Positions 20,787 to 32,642 of a DNA stretch of 34,571 nucleotides are shown here, in pieces (the stretch's first letter is position 1; every line of letters starts with the position of its first letter). Source of the stretch: Ionaspis alba (lineage: Eukaryota); contig CAXUUL010000085.1 of the NCBI GenBank assembly GCA_964255285.1, positions 1 through 34,571 on the forward strand, given 5' to 3'. The notes under the pieces are model-generated. The model worked only from the letters and a program-made list of their open reading frames with translations. It was not told where the DNA came from and searched no databases. Made by a program: the position numbers and the translations under genes.

Positions 20787-22512
20787 TCATTCGCTCCCCG
20801 TCAATTCATCCGTATCACTGCTTAGATCCTCAGGCCCCTCGTCTTCCATAACCTCTTCCTTACCCAGCTCCTCAACTGCCTCACCCATAAAAACCTTCCG
20901 CTTAACTTCATCTTCCTTTGCCTTTCTAATCCTCCTCAACCTTTTCCCTCTCTTCTTCGCCTTTTCCACTCCATCCCGCCTCAAAATCTCATTCCCCAAC
21001 TCAATTGCGTTCTCTGCATGAGCTTGCTGAGCTGCTCTGGCGTGCATCAGTTGTGCTTTAAGCATAGCATTCTCTTGCTGGAGTGCAGAGTCTAAAGGGA
21101 CTGAATGGTCAATTTTGTTAGAAGGGGAGGTAAGGGCGGCAATGCCTTCATCGAGAATGCACGTGGGGAAGGAAGGATGTGTGAGGGCGGCATCAAAATC
21201 AGCCATTGGATCGGTCAGGAATGGTGAAGAGGAGCGAAAAGGCGGAAGAGTGGTAGTAAATTGGGCTGTGAAAGTGTAGACATTGGGAACGAGACTGTTG
21301 CCTGCGTCCGGGTGCATGCTACTACTGCTCAAAGAACTTTCGTAGCGGGGTTTGACGACATTGACCATTTTAAATGGGGTTTTGGGCTGGTTTGGGAAGC
21401 CGGTGGGTAGGAGCATATAGAGGTTCGTTACAGGGGCGGCGAAGTCAATGAGGAGCTTGTTGTATCTGCCTTTCGCAATGTCCCAGCCGTGGATCTTGCC
21501 ATTTTCGTGGCCGGAAATCAGAGCAGTGCCATCGTAGCTCAAAGTCAACGATAGAGTCGGAGAGAAGGCGTCGGCAGGGATAGGCCAGCGATCCGAAGGC
21601 AGGGGCTGAGTGGGCGTGACCGACAATGAAGAATCGTGTAGTGTATGAGATAGGGAGTGGTTCTTGTAAAGATCAATGAGCTGGATGCTGCCATCCTCAT
21701 AGCCGGTGTAGAACGCGCGATCTGCGGGGTCCAGGGTCAGGCAGAGGGGCGTAGCGGGAAGCAGGAACGTATGAAGAACAGTCTCAGTCCGGTAGTCCCA
21801 AGCTATGCAGGTGTTGTCTTTAGAACTGGAGACTGCAAAGTTGACGCTACTGTGACTATGGCCAACAGACAGGGCTGTGATAGCTGCCCTGTGTTTTGAT
21901 AGTGTTCGGATGGGGGAGTAAGGCGATGGCTGGCTGGTGTCGTTCGAAGAAGCAGAGGAGAACGACAGCAGTGCTGGGATTGACCAGACGTGCAGGTTTG
22001 AATCAGACGACCCGGTCAAGAGGAAGTTCATGGTAGGATCCACAGCCATACATGTTGTAGATTGTAGGTGGGATTGCGGCGTCGAAACTAGACGGCCAGT
22101 GCATAGCTACTTGTTGGAGTCAGTTCTGTTTTCGTAGTCCTTACCCAACAATGGATCGTACCTCCCACAACATCAATCGCCCTCCCTCGGTCCCCAATGC
22201 CAGAATCGCCGCACTGTCAACATGTCCAACAAGCGCAAGACTCGTTATCTTTTCCGGAAACGGGACTAATGCCTCTTGGTTGCCCCGGTCTCGACTGTAA
22301 ATATGAACGATAGCTTTGTCCGCCTGCGCAGCGAAGATATGAGAGTCATTGGCAGCGAGGCAATTGGGATTCGTGGAACTCTTCTTAAAGCTTGATCTGA
22401 GGGCAGAGAATGGTTGATAGTCGTGGATATGTATACTGGCGTCTTTAGGCCCTGCATTATTTAAAGCCTTTTCTGGGCTCAGAACTGAGGCAATAAAGCT
22501 CTCAGTGAGCAT
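20787..22512 (-). CDS. IPI3: Pre-rRNA-processing WD40 protein Ipi3/Crb3 (Rix1 complex, ~556 aa)
   Basis: Exons 22512-22162 and 22106-20787; intron 22161-22107. Motifs: MLTESF, FKKSST..NCLA..HIFAAQADKA.VH.YSR.RGNQE..VPFPEKI, GRLMLWE|LCTGR, WD repeats, C-terminal coiled coil. Confidence 0.92.
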
Positions 22513-22898
22513 ATTGATTGGAATAGTCGTGGTGAAAACGACTTAATCGAGCTTAGAAATTTTTGATACCATCACAGAGTCTTAAGGCGGCACAATTCCG
22601 CACTTTTCAACGGCTCCCTTAGCAACCTCAATAGTTCCACAACGTCGTTCAATGGGTAATGCAATTCTATAAGTTTTGAATTGAATTTCTCCCTTTACGG
22701 TCAAGATCAAGTTAAACAGTTCTTGTGATTTGAGCATGTCAAAGTTCATAAATTTTAGAAAAAGCTACATTCTCTGCAAGCTGTTCCCGTTCCGTTTTAT
22801 TGTGAGCGACCTTAGAAAGGATATTCCCAGCTAGAAGGTCAAAAAGAGGAGCGAAACACCCACTTCTATCGACTGAGGAGTATTCGAGGGGAGTTTTC

Positions 22899-24123
22899 AT
22901 GTCGCCGGTAACAGAGTTGTCAAATCTGACCGCTGCGACGGAAAAAAATGCCAATCCGCAGCTGAAGGTCTTCATATTCAGCAAAGCCCAGTCTCCCATT
23001 GCCTCTGACGAAGCCACAATATCTGCCAACCTCACCGGCAATCTCCGAGCTATTCTCTCCCCAAGCTCCCTCGACCTCCTTACGATCCAGTGCCTCTCAC
23101 CGCGCGTCATCCATCTGTCCTACTCAAGCACGGCACACTATCCCCTTTCCCTCTCCTCCCTCCACCAAAGTTCGGCCCTCCTCAACTTCGAAAAGACCCA
23201 TAGTGTCGAACTCGTCCTTCAGCACCTTCCAAGCGTCTCTCCCACTCCGGACGTTTTCCCTATCAAGCTAGCAGTCTTCGACCTTGATTCAACCCTTATC
23301 GACCAAGAAGTAATCGACGAGCTAGCCCGCAGCATCGGCGCTCTCGATGCTGTCGCAGCCATCACCGCACGGGCAATGGCTGGGGAGCTGGATTTTGCCG
23401 AGTCGTTGAAAGCGCGGGTGGCGTTGCTCAGAGGGGTGAGGGCAGATGTGTGGGAGGAATTGAAGGGGAGAATAACGTTTGCGGAGGGGGCGAGGGAGCT
23501 TTGTAGGGGGTTGAAAAGGTGTGGTGTCAAGATGGCAGTGTTGAGTGGGGGTTTTGTGCCTATAGCGGAGTGGGTGAGGGGGGAGTTGGGTTTAGATTAT
23601 GCGAGGGCAAATGTGGTATGTTGGGCTTGACTTTGTTTCTCGTCAAGACTGCCGACCTCGCTCCTGATCACAGCAAACTTGTCGGGGACGTCGTATTCTT
23701 CTAACGACTCGCAATGACGCAGCTAGAGATATCCGCAGCCACCTCTACAATTCCCTACCCTCACCTTACAGGTCGTCTTGTAGCGAGTCATCCGATCATC
23801 ACCGCCAGTGCCAAAGCGGCTCTTCTTCGATCGATCGCAACGGAAAACTGCAACCCCTTGTCTGCAACCCTTAGCGTCGGAGATGGGGCTAACGATCTCG
23901 AGATGCTAAATTTAGTCGGCAGTAATGGAGGCTTGGGTATCGCGTTTAGAGCGAAAGAGAGAGTGCAGGTGCTGGTGCGTTTCGTGCTCTCTTATTGGGG
24001 ATAGAATACTGATAGCACATCGTGTTGTAGGCCCCCAACCGGCTGAATACCGTCAGTCTTATCGATTTGCTTTACTTGATGGGACACGATGAGCGGACTG
24101 TTCAAGAACTAAGCAAAGATTGA
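22899..24123 (+). CDS. SER2: Phosphoserine phosphatase (HAD superfamily, SerB/Ser2, ~353 aa)
   Basis: Exons 22899-23615, 23723-23974 and 24031-24123. Motifs: FDLDSTLIDQEVIDELA, ITARAMAGELDF.ESL..RV.LL.G, VLSGGF, VGDGANDL.ML, GIAF.AK..VQ..APNRLN. Confidence 0.95.
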
Positions 24124-24694
24124 GAAGGGGTTGGGAAAACCAGATTCAAGAAATTGTATAAATTATAGACATCTGATGATAACAGATCCAAGACACGGAA
24201 TCCTAAGGAGTCGAAGGACCAAGAGAAGGCTTATATGATGGATCAGTATGGCTATCTGAGGACGCTGATAAGTTCTTGCTACCAATTATTTAATCCCTTT
24301 GCTCCGTCATCGACTATAGAGTACCGTGGGACATCAAACGAACCGGTGAGCAAACACTTGTTTTGCACCACTTGCAAAGCGATACTTCGGGTAATGAGAG
24401 GGCGAAGATACCCACGTGGTATAGAACGATTTGATGTTTGCAGCGCCACAATTATTGTCTGCGTCGCCTATAGAATAACTCTATCCAAACCATACTTTAA
24501 CCTAACAGGGCTGGGGAACCCTTCCTCAATGCTGCCTCATAGACTGCCATGGAGTCTGCTTCGTAACGTGACCGTCAGCTTCCTATCATGGAAGCAGCCT
24601 CTCGTTGATATCCAGACCAGCTGCAATTCCATCCATCATCCTGAAGCAGGACTTCAGCGATCATTCTTTCGCACCCGTGCAGCCAACAAGTATA

Positions 24695-26173
24695 TTACTT
24701 CGTCAAGCGAACAGTCCTCGCATTCCCACGCAGCGCCTTCTTTCCCTTCTTAGTATCCACCTTAACATTGTCTTTTCTACCCCTTACGGCCTTCCCCTTG
24801 CCCAGTTCTCTTGTGGGCGAAAATTCAGGAAGAACATCTTGGTCCATGTAGCTGGGACACCGCTCCTTCTTTGGGCCCTTACCCTTTCGATGTCTCTCAA
24901 CATGGGGGCTCAATTCCACGAGGCCGGTCGGTTGTTCGTCTTCGCAGAAGTCAAACTCCAAGCTGTCGGGGTTTTCCTTGACCAGCGACCTCGCCGGACT
25001 ATCTACAATGATGATGTTGGTTCTCCTGCGTTTGGGAGGGACACTTAGGAGCATAGTAGGCGACCCGGCGGCTGAGAGACAACCCCGTGAAGAGAACTTT
25101 CTCGGGGATCGTAGGGATGCGATAAGATGTCGGGGTGATGGATCCGGGGATTGGGACCGGGAGGAAAGAAGGGAGCTCCAAGAGAGGGCGATAGTGGTGG
25201 TAGAGGTAGGAGGGATGTTCTCTTTGTTGGACGCAAGTCTTAGGTGTGCGTTTGGCTTGGTAAGACATTGAGCGGTGTCTAAATTCGGGGTTTGAGAAAG
25301 ATTCTCCTGAAGGTCTGGGGTGGAATATGAGGTATGTTCCACAATCTGATCAAGCCATGCGTCGACGTTTGTGGTAAGAGGAACTGGGACTTCATCCTCA
25401 CAGAATCGGATAGGGATGACCAATGGCACACCGTGAGTCGAATGTGTTTCTTCATCATCTAGGTCTGGATACATTGACAGGGAGGCGTCGATCATCATGT
25501 GGGGATTCTGCTCAAGTGGTCCAATTTTGGAGGTAAACCCACTGCTAAGTGGCTCTTGCCCTATACTCCCTAGATACTTGCGATCAGGAGGAATTACCGG
25601 TAAGGACGGATTCAGGGCATCAGATGGCAGCTCATGAACCTGCTCCGGTACCTTTGGAGTGACTGTGGTTGGAAAGTGATCATTCCGATCAGACGAACAA
25701 TCATTAGTTCCTTCCCCTGTAGGCGACGTACATGGCGGAGAAAGCATGTCTCTGCCACATGGTAGTGTAAACCTGGATCGCTTGCTATTGGGAGAGTTGC
25801 CGGATGGTGAAATTGCATCAGGGCACGCGAACATGCGTCTCGAACGAGGCAACGAAGGCTGCCGAGGTGTGTGAAGATCATTGGCTGCATCTTGGAATAT
25901 ATGCGCCATTTTGACTCGATGACTGGAAGTTGCCTGAGATCGGGAAAAGTTTGGTGTTCCTTGCCTTCTCTTACCGCTGTTCGGTGGAGGTCTACCTGGT
26001 GTTGCAGGGGACGTAGCAATGGCATCGACTCTGTGAACAGCTCCGAACAAGATTTGATCCCTGTTAGATGGCAGTTTAGGATAGCTGACGTCCAGAGAGG
26101 ATGGACTGGAGGTTTGATGCTCGAGAAACATGCCGTCAGGTATATGACTGGTGTGCTTTTGGTCTGTTGTCAA
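24695..26173 (-). CDS. Hypothetical Ser/Pro-rich disordered protein; 5' end unresolved
   Basis: 492-codon open frame beginning at TTG. A probable acceptor at 26165-26164 suggests an upstream exon; the first in-frame ATG is at 26131. The protein has a KEN motif (NKENIPP) and a C-terminal 'LSPHVERHRKGKGPKKERCPSY' block that I recall in Pezizomycotina hypotheticals. Confidence 0.7.
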   Translation of the reverse strand: MTTDQKHTSHIPDGMFLEHQTSSPSSLDVSYPKLPSNRDQILFGAVHRVDAIATSPATPGRPPPNSGKRRQGTPNFSRSQATSSHRVKMAHIFQDAANDLHTPRQPSLPRSRRMFACPDAISPSGNSPNSKRSRFTLPCGRDMLSPPCTSPTGEGTNDCSSDRNDHFPTTVTPKVPEQVHELPSDALNPSLPVIPPDRKYLGSIGQEPLSSGFTSKIGPLEQNPHMMIDASLSMYPDLDDEETHSTHGVPLVIPIRFCEDEVPVPLTTNVDAWLDQIVEHTSYSTPDLQENLSQTPNLDTAQCLTKPNAHLRLASNKENIPPTSTTTIALSWSSLLSSRSQSPDPSPRHLIASLRSPRKFSSRGCLSAAGSPTMLLSVPPKRRRTNIIIVDSPARSLVKENPDSLEFDFCEDEQPTGLVELSPHVERHRKGKGPKKERCPSYMDQDVLPEFSPTRELGKGKAVRGRKDNVKVDTKKGKKALRGNARTVRLTK

Positions 26174-27885
26174 TGGGCAGATAATGACTTCAAGAAGCTT
26201 CCCGGCGCCACGGAATGCGCGTCACTGATCTACCTACAATGCAACGAGTAGTATACGCTGACAGAATTTTATGAAGAGAAGACCCAGAAGGAGATGAGAT
26301 TGTGGCAGTGGTAAAGTGAACAACTAGGATGCAGAGAAATGGGCGATGGTGGGTGATACAGCGAGAGCAAAGAGATTGGGACAAGAGAGAAGTACTTGAA
26401 AAGAAGTCGCATGAGCGAGGACAGGGTACATATAAGTGGGTAAACCAAGGGTAGCAACTACTCTGATGGAAGTGGGAAGGAACGACGAGGCCTGCCATCT
26501 CCCAGCTCGTTGTTACGAAGCATTTGCAAACATCAGATCGCCAGGCAAATGGAGCACGCAAATAGGAAGAAAGACATCGATCTCGTTCTCGGGTGGTGAG
26601 AAAGGGCAAACGCCAGTATCACGGCACGGGTTGTTCTCACCAATTCGAGTTGGAGTATCGCCTCTTCCATCCTGGGGAGGGACATACAGGACCACCTGAG
26701 ATGGATGTACTTCTAAGGTAGATAGATAATCGTCAGTCCCGCAGTTGGGAGCTCTAATCAGGCGGCGATTTTCAGCCTCATCCCAGCGATTCTTTGGCCA
26801 AGCTGGCTGATGAATCGTCGTGAATGGCGCACTCGTCCGCAAAGGAGGTCTTCTTGTTGAGCAGGTTTCAAACTGTTTGCTGATGGAGGGCAAGTACAGG
26901 CCATGAAGATCGTGGGACAAAGGGAGTGAGCTCTTCATCAACTAAAATCGTCGAATGTTTCTCTCCTCCAAGCCACGCGAGACTGACGCCAGACATCCTT
27001 GCTGCAACTATCCCTCTGCCGGAGAGACGCAATAGCTCTCCGCCGGGGAGAAGGGAAAGGCAGTAAAGGCTGCTGGGGCACCGGGGGATGACATACGCTT
27101 GGCGTGTTTCACCAGTTCATTGTCATTATCCTCATCATCATCCTTGCTGGTGCTTGTCTCTCCCGTTAATAATGAATTTACAGTATTATTGTTGTTATTT
27201 CGAACATTTTTCACTCCGGCATAGTTAGTGGTAGCCTCATCTATCCACGACGTCAGGTTAGATCCAATGAGGAACACTTCTAAAAAGCTGCTTTTTTCCC
27301 CTTCCAATTCTCTGGTTATCACCATCATCAGTGAGTGTCCAACATAATTGTCTACAATGTACAGTGATCTGGTCCGATCGTTTGGCCGAGATAGCGCTTG
27401 TTGGACTTGTTGGAAGGGCAGAGAGATTGAATGATTACTGCAGGCACAGCCGCAACTTTGTTCACCGTACCTCTTTCCTCCGGCTATACCGGCCATATAC
27501 GTGGACCGTATGTTCAATCTCAGCCTGGAGAGGATCGTCAAAGTCAAAGGCCACGAACACGAGATATCCCGTCGATTCTATCGCTGTTGCCGTGTGACAC
27601 ACCTGGCATGTAAGACAGAGACTTCTTTGCCCTTTCCTTCCCTCTCGCCACGAAATTGCTCCTCTTTCCAATCTCCTGATGATTGGTGTTTGAGCAGACG
27701 ACAAGGGGACAAAAGTAAGAGGCTCGCAAGAACGTCGGCACGCTTACAAGAGCTACTTGGAAAGGGCGTATGAGCAGGAGAAGAGGAAGCCGAGTTAGGG
27801 GGTATTCCCACCCAATCAAAGCCCCTGTAGATCTGCCTCCGGCTTGCTGGATGCCGCCATCCGCCGCACGATTTCCCGCCCCTTT

Positions 27886-27930
27886 CCTCCCTCACCTCCC
27901 TAACCTCCCTAACCTCCCTAACCTCCCTAA
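27886..27930. repeat. Tandem 9-mer (CCTCCCTAA)x4 plus one degenerate unit, telomere-like
   Basis: cctccctca cctccctaa cctccctaa cctccctaa cctccctaa; the minus strand reads (TTAGGGAGG)n. Confidence 0.9.
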
Positions 27931-29231
27931 CGGGGTCTCCCTGTTCCTCCCTGTTCTTCTATTTCTCCCTGCTCTTCTCTGGTCCCTGCGGCTACTACCG
28001 CTGTAAATGCTGCACCATGCGACGGGAAAAATCCGAAGCACAGTAGCGTAATCCACCCGCGCATCATCTCTCTCCCTTCGCCCATACACCCTTCGATTCC
28101 ATTTGTCAATCAGACCGCAGTTCGTCCATCGCTCTCTTCTACCACTCCGCCATCTGTGTCCTCTTGGACTCTTCTCCCACTTGTTGTTGTCGTTGTCGCC
28201 GTCGTCGTCGCTGTCTTTCCAATGCGACTTCACATCGTCACTTGCTAGCCTCCCGTTTAAATCCCTGACGAGCTCGAAGCTCGGCATTCTGATTGATTGT
28301 CGCCATCGGGCATGTTTCTCACAACCATTTTATTCTCCTCACCGATCCGGTTCCGAAACGAATAAAGTCTGGGACTTGACGCACCATCCGATTTCCTCAC
28401 TATTCTATATACCCTTCTGCACACTCGGACCGTGTTGACTCACTCGGTTCTCTGGTAACTTCGAGGTTGTGGCATCTGATGAATCTCTGTCGCATGGTTG
28501 GGAATTTCCGAACGGGTTTTCTATCCCAGTTGGGGCTCTTGATGTACGTATATCCCATGTTTCAATTCGAACCCCCACCGCACCTCAACCCAGCATGGCC
28601 ACTGCGGCATGATGCTTAGCATAGAGCTCGCTGGTCTTTGTCCACTGCAATCTACCATCGCGCATTGAACCACAGCCATTTCTCGTCCAAGAGGGTGGAA
28701 GCAAAGTCAATGGCGACAACGAATCTATGCAATATTCACTGCAGACAAGCTTGAATGCTACTGACTCTTGAAGAACCTGTTGCCTGACACTTTGAGATGA
28801 TAGACACAACGTTGGAAGTCTGTGAGACGTTCCTTATCTCCAGCTACGGCTGCTTCAACAATCACATCTATCCTTCACCAGGCTTTCTTCTCGGACTCTC
28901 CAACACTCTTTCTCTTTCACTGTCCTATCGCTCGCTCACCACGACTTCCTGGCTGAAGTGAATCATTTGCCATTCTCAAACCCTTCTCCACGCCAACCCC
29001 TCCCTATTTCCATCGATCCTTCAGGTCGAGTGTACAACGAGGGGGAGCTCTGTACCTTCCTACACCTCCAAGGAAGGGACGGAGGTAAATCCATCTAAAC
29101 TCGGGCGAAGATTGGCGGTCAGGACAAGGCGACTGTCCTTGGTTCAACATTACTGAACAGGAGCTATTCGCAGAGATTCTGTTTACATGTCTCAACGACC
29201 TTGATTGTGCGTCCGCGCATTCCCGCGACAT

Positions 29232-32019
29232 ATGGATCACAATGCTCGAGGACCTGGTCGTTCGGGCAACGATCCTTCCACTTCACGAAACGATGGGCCA
29301 CAGCGAGGCGGGGGATCGGTGCGACGCGCAAGAGAAAGAGTCGAAGCAGGAGTAGCAACACAAGACGTGCGACCTGGCTTTAGTGGTGGAGAACATCATC
29401 AGCGATATCCTCAGAACACCCCGAGAAGCCAGGAGCCGGAGTGGCCGCTCGTATCCGGCGACGACGGCGTGCGCAAGCGTAACAACAGCCCGACCGGAGA
29501 GCGTTCGCTTGGGAGAGGCTCGGCTCCGCAACGACCGCCAAGACCAAGTTATGTTCCCTCGATACTCGATCCTTCGCAAAGGCATGGAAATACTCCAGTC
29601 CTCCAGCACAGGCAACCACTGGGACAGCCCTCGAGACCCCAAGACCCTGTGCAGGGAAATTCGTGGGACTCAAATTATGCGTCGAATCGGCGAGAGCCTG
29701 GAACTCCCGGGACGACTGGGACAGGCTTCTCTGCCAATTCTGGCAGTCTAAGTAGGCCTTCGACGTCATCGTCCGTAGGGTCAATACCCGAATTCCCTGT
29801 ACCGGCTCTTCCATACTCAGCACCTCCTCAGCAGACTAGACGAGGTGCCAATCTCGGGCCGCCACCGTCGTCTCGAAGAGGAGCATCGTCTTACTACTCT
29901 CAAAGCTCATATGTCACCCCAATCATAGAGGAGCAGTATGAGCACGGCCACAACAATCATGGTTCCTATGCTTCCAGCCATGTCATTCCCACCAGCTGGG
30001 GCGATGATGGATCGCCGGAGTTCTACACACCCGGGGAGGAAGAAGAGGACGCAATCAACGAGGACGGACGAGAATCGCGATCCACTGACCATGATGAGTC
30101 ATCCGATCTGGTTCGGAAAGCGAGTCTGGGAAAGAGACACAAACCATCCTTGACCACAATCAGGAGTACAGATCTTGATAATGAGGAAGGGAGCGCTGCA
30201 GAAAATGCTACAGGTGTAAAAGGCGGGTCCGAAAATCCGAGTCTCGTCAGTCGGGCTGCCGTAGCGGCTGGAGCAGCTGGAGGAGCATTTGTTACAGGAC
30301 TCGGTGCTACCAAAGAGGAAAGATCGGGCCTAAATCACGATAGAGATAACGGACGAACAGCTTTTCTCGACACACCATCGTCTTCCGAAAGCTCGATCAA
30401 CAAGAACTTCGACAATCTGACGGCTGAGTCCGCTGCAGCTCATTCTGATGCACGAGCGGCCGAAGACCCAAGAGTTAGACAAATCCTTGGTGGATTGGAA
30501 AAAGGTGGAGCGATCAAAGCTGGCACGCCTTCGCCTTTGCCTTCGTCACCACCAGACCAGAATGGAAAGGCTATGAAGAGGCCAAATCGACTCAACATTG
30601 ACACTGTGAAAGAAGCCGAGTCGCGTGGCAGTCTGACCAGTCTTCCCGACCTCATACGGAGGGCGACAAGGCTGGCTTCCAATCTTGACAGAGGAAGAAC
30701 TGCTAGTCGATTGGTTATGCTGGACATGATGGGGGGGAGTGACTCGGAAAAGAATGGCTCACCCTGTAAGTCCAAATTTCTCCCTCCATATTGATAAATC
30801 TGATATAGTCCTCGTAGCAAATCTAAACCGCCGTTCGGGATCAATATCAGATATGCTTGCCTCATTTCCACCTCCAGCTCTTGCCACGCCAACGCAGGAG
30901 CGGAACGGCCCGCGCTGGCCGTCTCCATTCGGCCACTCCAATCTTCACAACGTCCAGCCCATGTCGCCGACAGCCTCAAAATCCGATGGCCAAGCAAGAA
31001 AAGCAGGTCGCCGATGTTGCGGCATGCCTCTCTGGGTCTTCACATTTCTCCTCGTACTCCTTGTCCTTGCAATAGCCGCAGCCGTTGTCATCCCGGTCAC
31101 CCTAATCGTCCTCCCACGCCAGAACGCCAGCGCTGCAGCGGCAGCTGCGGCAGCGGATCTCTCTGAGTGCCAAAACAGCTTCCTCTGTGCCAATGGCGGA
31201 ACCAGCATCGTAGCCGGCAACTCCTGCCGTTGCGTCTGCGCCAATGGCTTCACCGGTGCCCACTGCGACAAAGCCGCCGACATCGGTTGCACTACCATCA
31301 ACGTCAACTCCACCACTGAACCTGGCTCTTCCTACAAGAACGCCACCCTCGGCAGCAGCATTCCCCGGCTCCTATCGGCCGGCCAAGCCAACTTCAGCAT
31401 TCCCTTAAATTCATCCACCATCCTTTCCCTCTTCAGCGCTACAAACTTAACCTGCACGTCCGAAAACGCCCTTGTCACCTTCAACGGCAAATCCCTGCGC
31501 CGCGACTTCTCACTTCCCAGAACGAACCTCGCCCACGATCTCCACAGATTCGTTCCTGTGCCTCCATCTCCCGTCATCATAGCTCGCCGGGCACCCGACC
31601 AAACCCCCTCTCCTCTCACCGTCCAAGTCGGCGCTTCCCCGGCCACAGCCGGCATCATCACCTCGAACGGCATCATCTACGCCGCCACGGTCGGCCCCTC
31701 CCAATCCGCCGTTCCCCTTGCCACAGCCACAGGGTCCGGCTCTCCGTCCTCACCCTCGTCCTCCACCGACGGCAACAAGTCCATTTCGCAAACCGATCTG
31801 GACTTTGCCCGCGTGGCCGTGCTGTTCATTCTGCAGGAGTCGACCGTGGACGCGGCCGTGCAGGCGCAGGATCGATTGCAAGCGGTAATGCTGGGGGATG
31901 TCTTCCAGGGCGGAAGTGTAAACGCGGGCGATGGGGTGACAGTGAATTTCGATAAGAGGACGGTGGATCTGGGAGGTGGGGTGGTGGTTGGTGGTAAGGG
32001 AGGGAAGCAGGCTAGGTAA
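29232..32019 (+). CDS. Single-pass type II membrane protein with a long disordered N-terminus and an extracellular EGF-like module (~911 aa)
   Basis: Exons 29232-30765 and 30818-32019; phase-1 intron 30766-30817 (GTAAGT..CTGAT..TAG). Conserved blocks: RGSLTSLPDLIRRATRLASNLDRGRTASR and SGSISDMLASFPPP. These are followed by RRCCG, a TM helix, C..C.NGG..C.CVCANGFTGAHC, several N-glycosylation sequons and DFARVAVLFILQ. Confidence 0.85.
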
Positions 32020-32642
32020 GAAAGAAAGACACCGGGGATGTGGAACGGGTTGTACATATGTTTGGGAATTATGTGGTGGATCTTCCATGTGGTCTATTTG
32101 GGTTTGGCATCCTTGCGTTTCACTATACAGCGCTGAGCGATCTTTACGATGTTTCGGAAATTTTTTCCCGAGCTTTGTTGGCCACATATTCCCCCTTGTT
32201 GTCTATCTTTCTCCTGTTTCTTGCTTCCTTTTCCCTCTGGTTTTTGCCCCTTTAAAGGCATGGCTTGTGTGGATGTGTCTCTGCACGTTGCATCATAGTT
32301 CTGTTAGCGAAAGAGAAAGTGAAGCGCCTCCCAAGTAGAACATGATTTTTGTACATAATTTAAGGTCTGGTTGGATTGGAATATGGCTGTTTTAATGAAA
32401 ATGGGACCCTCGCCAGTCGTTTCGTCGTGATTTGTGATCGGATATAATGTTAATTTCTAATGATTTGAGATATGCCACCACATGTACGTATGATAAACAT
32501 TCCTAGATCCCCTTCATCCCACGAACCGCAATGTCATGTCAAAGCAAGACTCATTGACCGAAACTCCACGCTCCTCATCCACACCAATGAGTTTCCCCTA
32601 TTTTTCTCCTGTTCACACATTGCAGTGCAGCGGAAACGCATT

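Noticed and set aside
22555..22565. RRPE-like AAATTTTT upstream of IPI3
   Set aside because: Short AT-rich match, only about 45 nt from the ATG, with no PAC partner seen; not distinguishable from chance.
23660..23690. CCTGATC-ACAG-CAAA-CTTGT-CG-GGGA resembles the P4/P5 half of a TPP riboswitch
   Set aside because: No UGAGA pyrimidine-sensor helix and no TAAT loop, and the host gene is not thiamine-related. Kept only as a structured-intron finding.
24235..25048. + strand ORFs of 172 aa and 147 aa
   Set aside because: No recognisable motif; they overlap antisense the 3' end of the 24695-26173 gene.
26240..29230. Telomerase RNA gene in the large gap
   Set aside because: No 1.5-repeat TAACCCTAA-type template was found; the CCCTAA units are interrupted by CCT.
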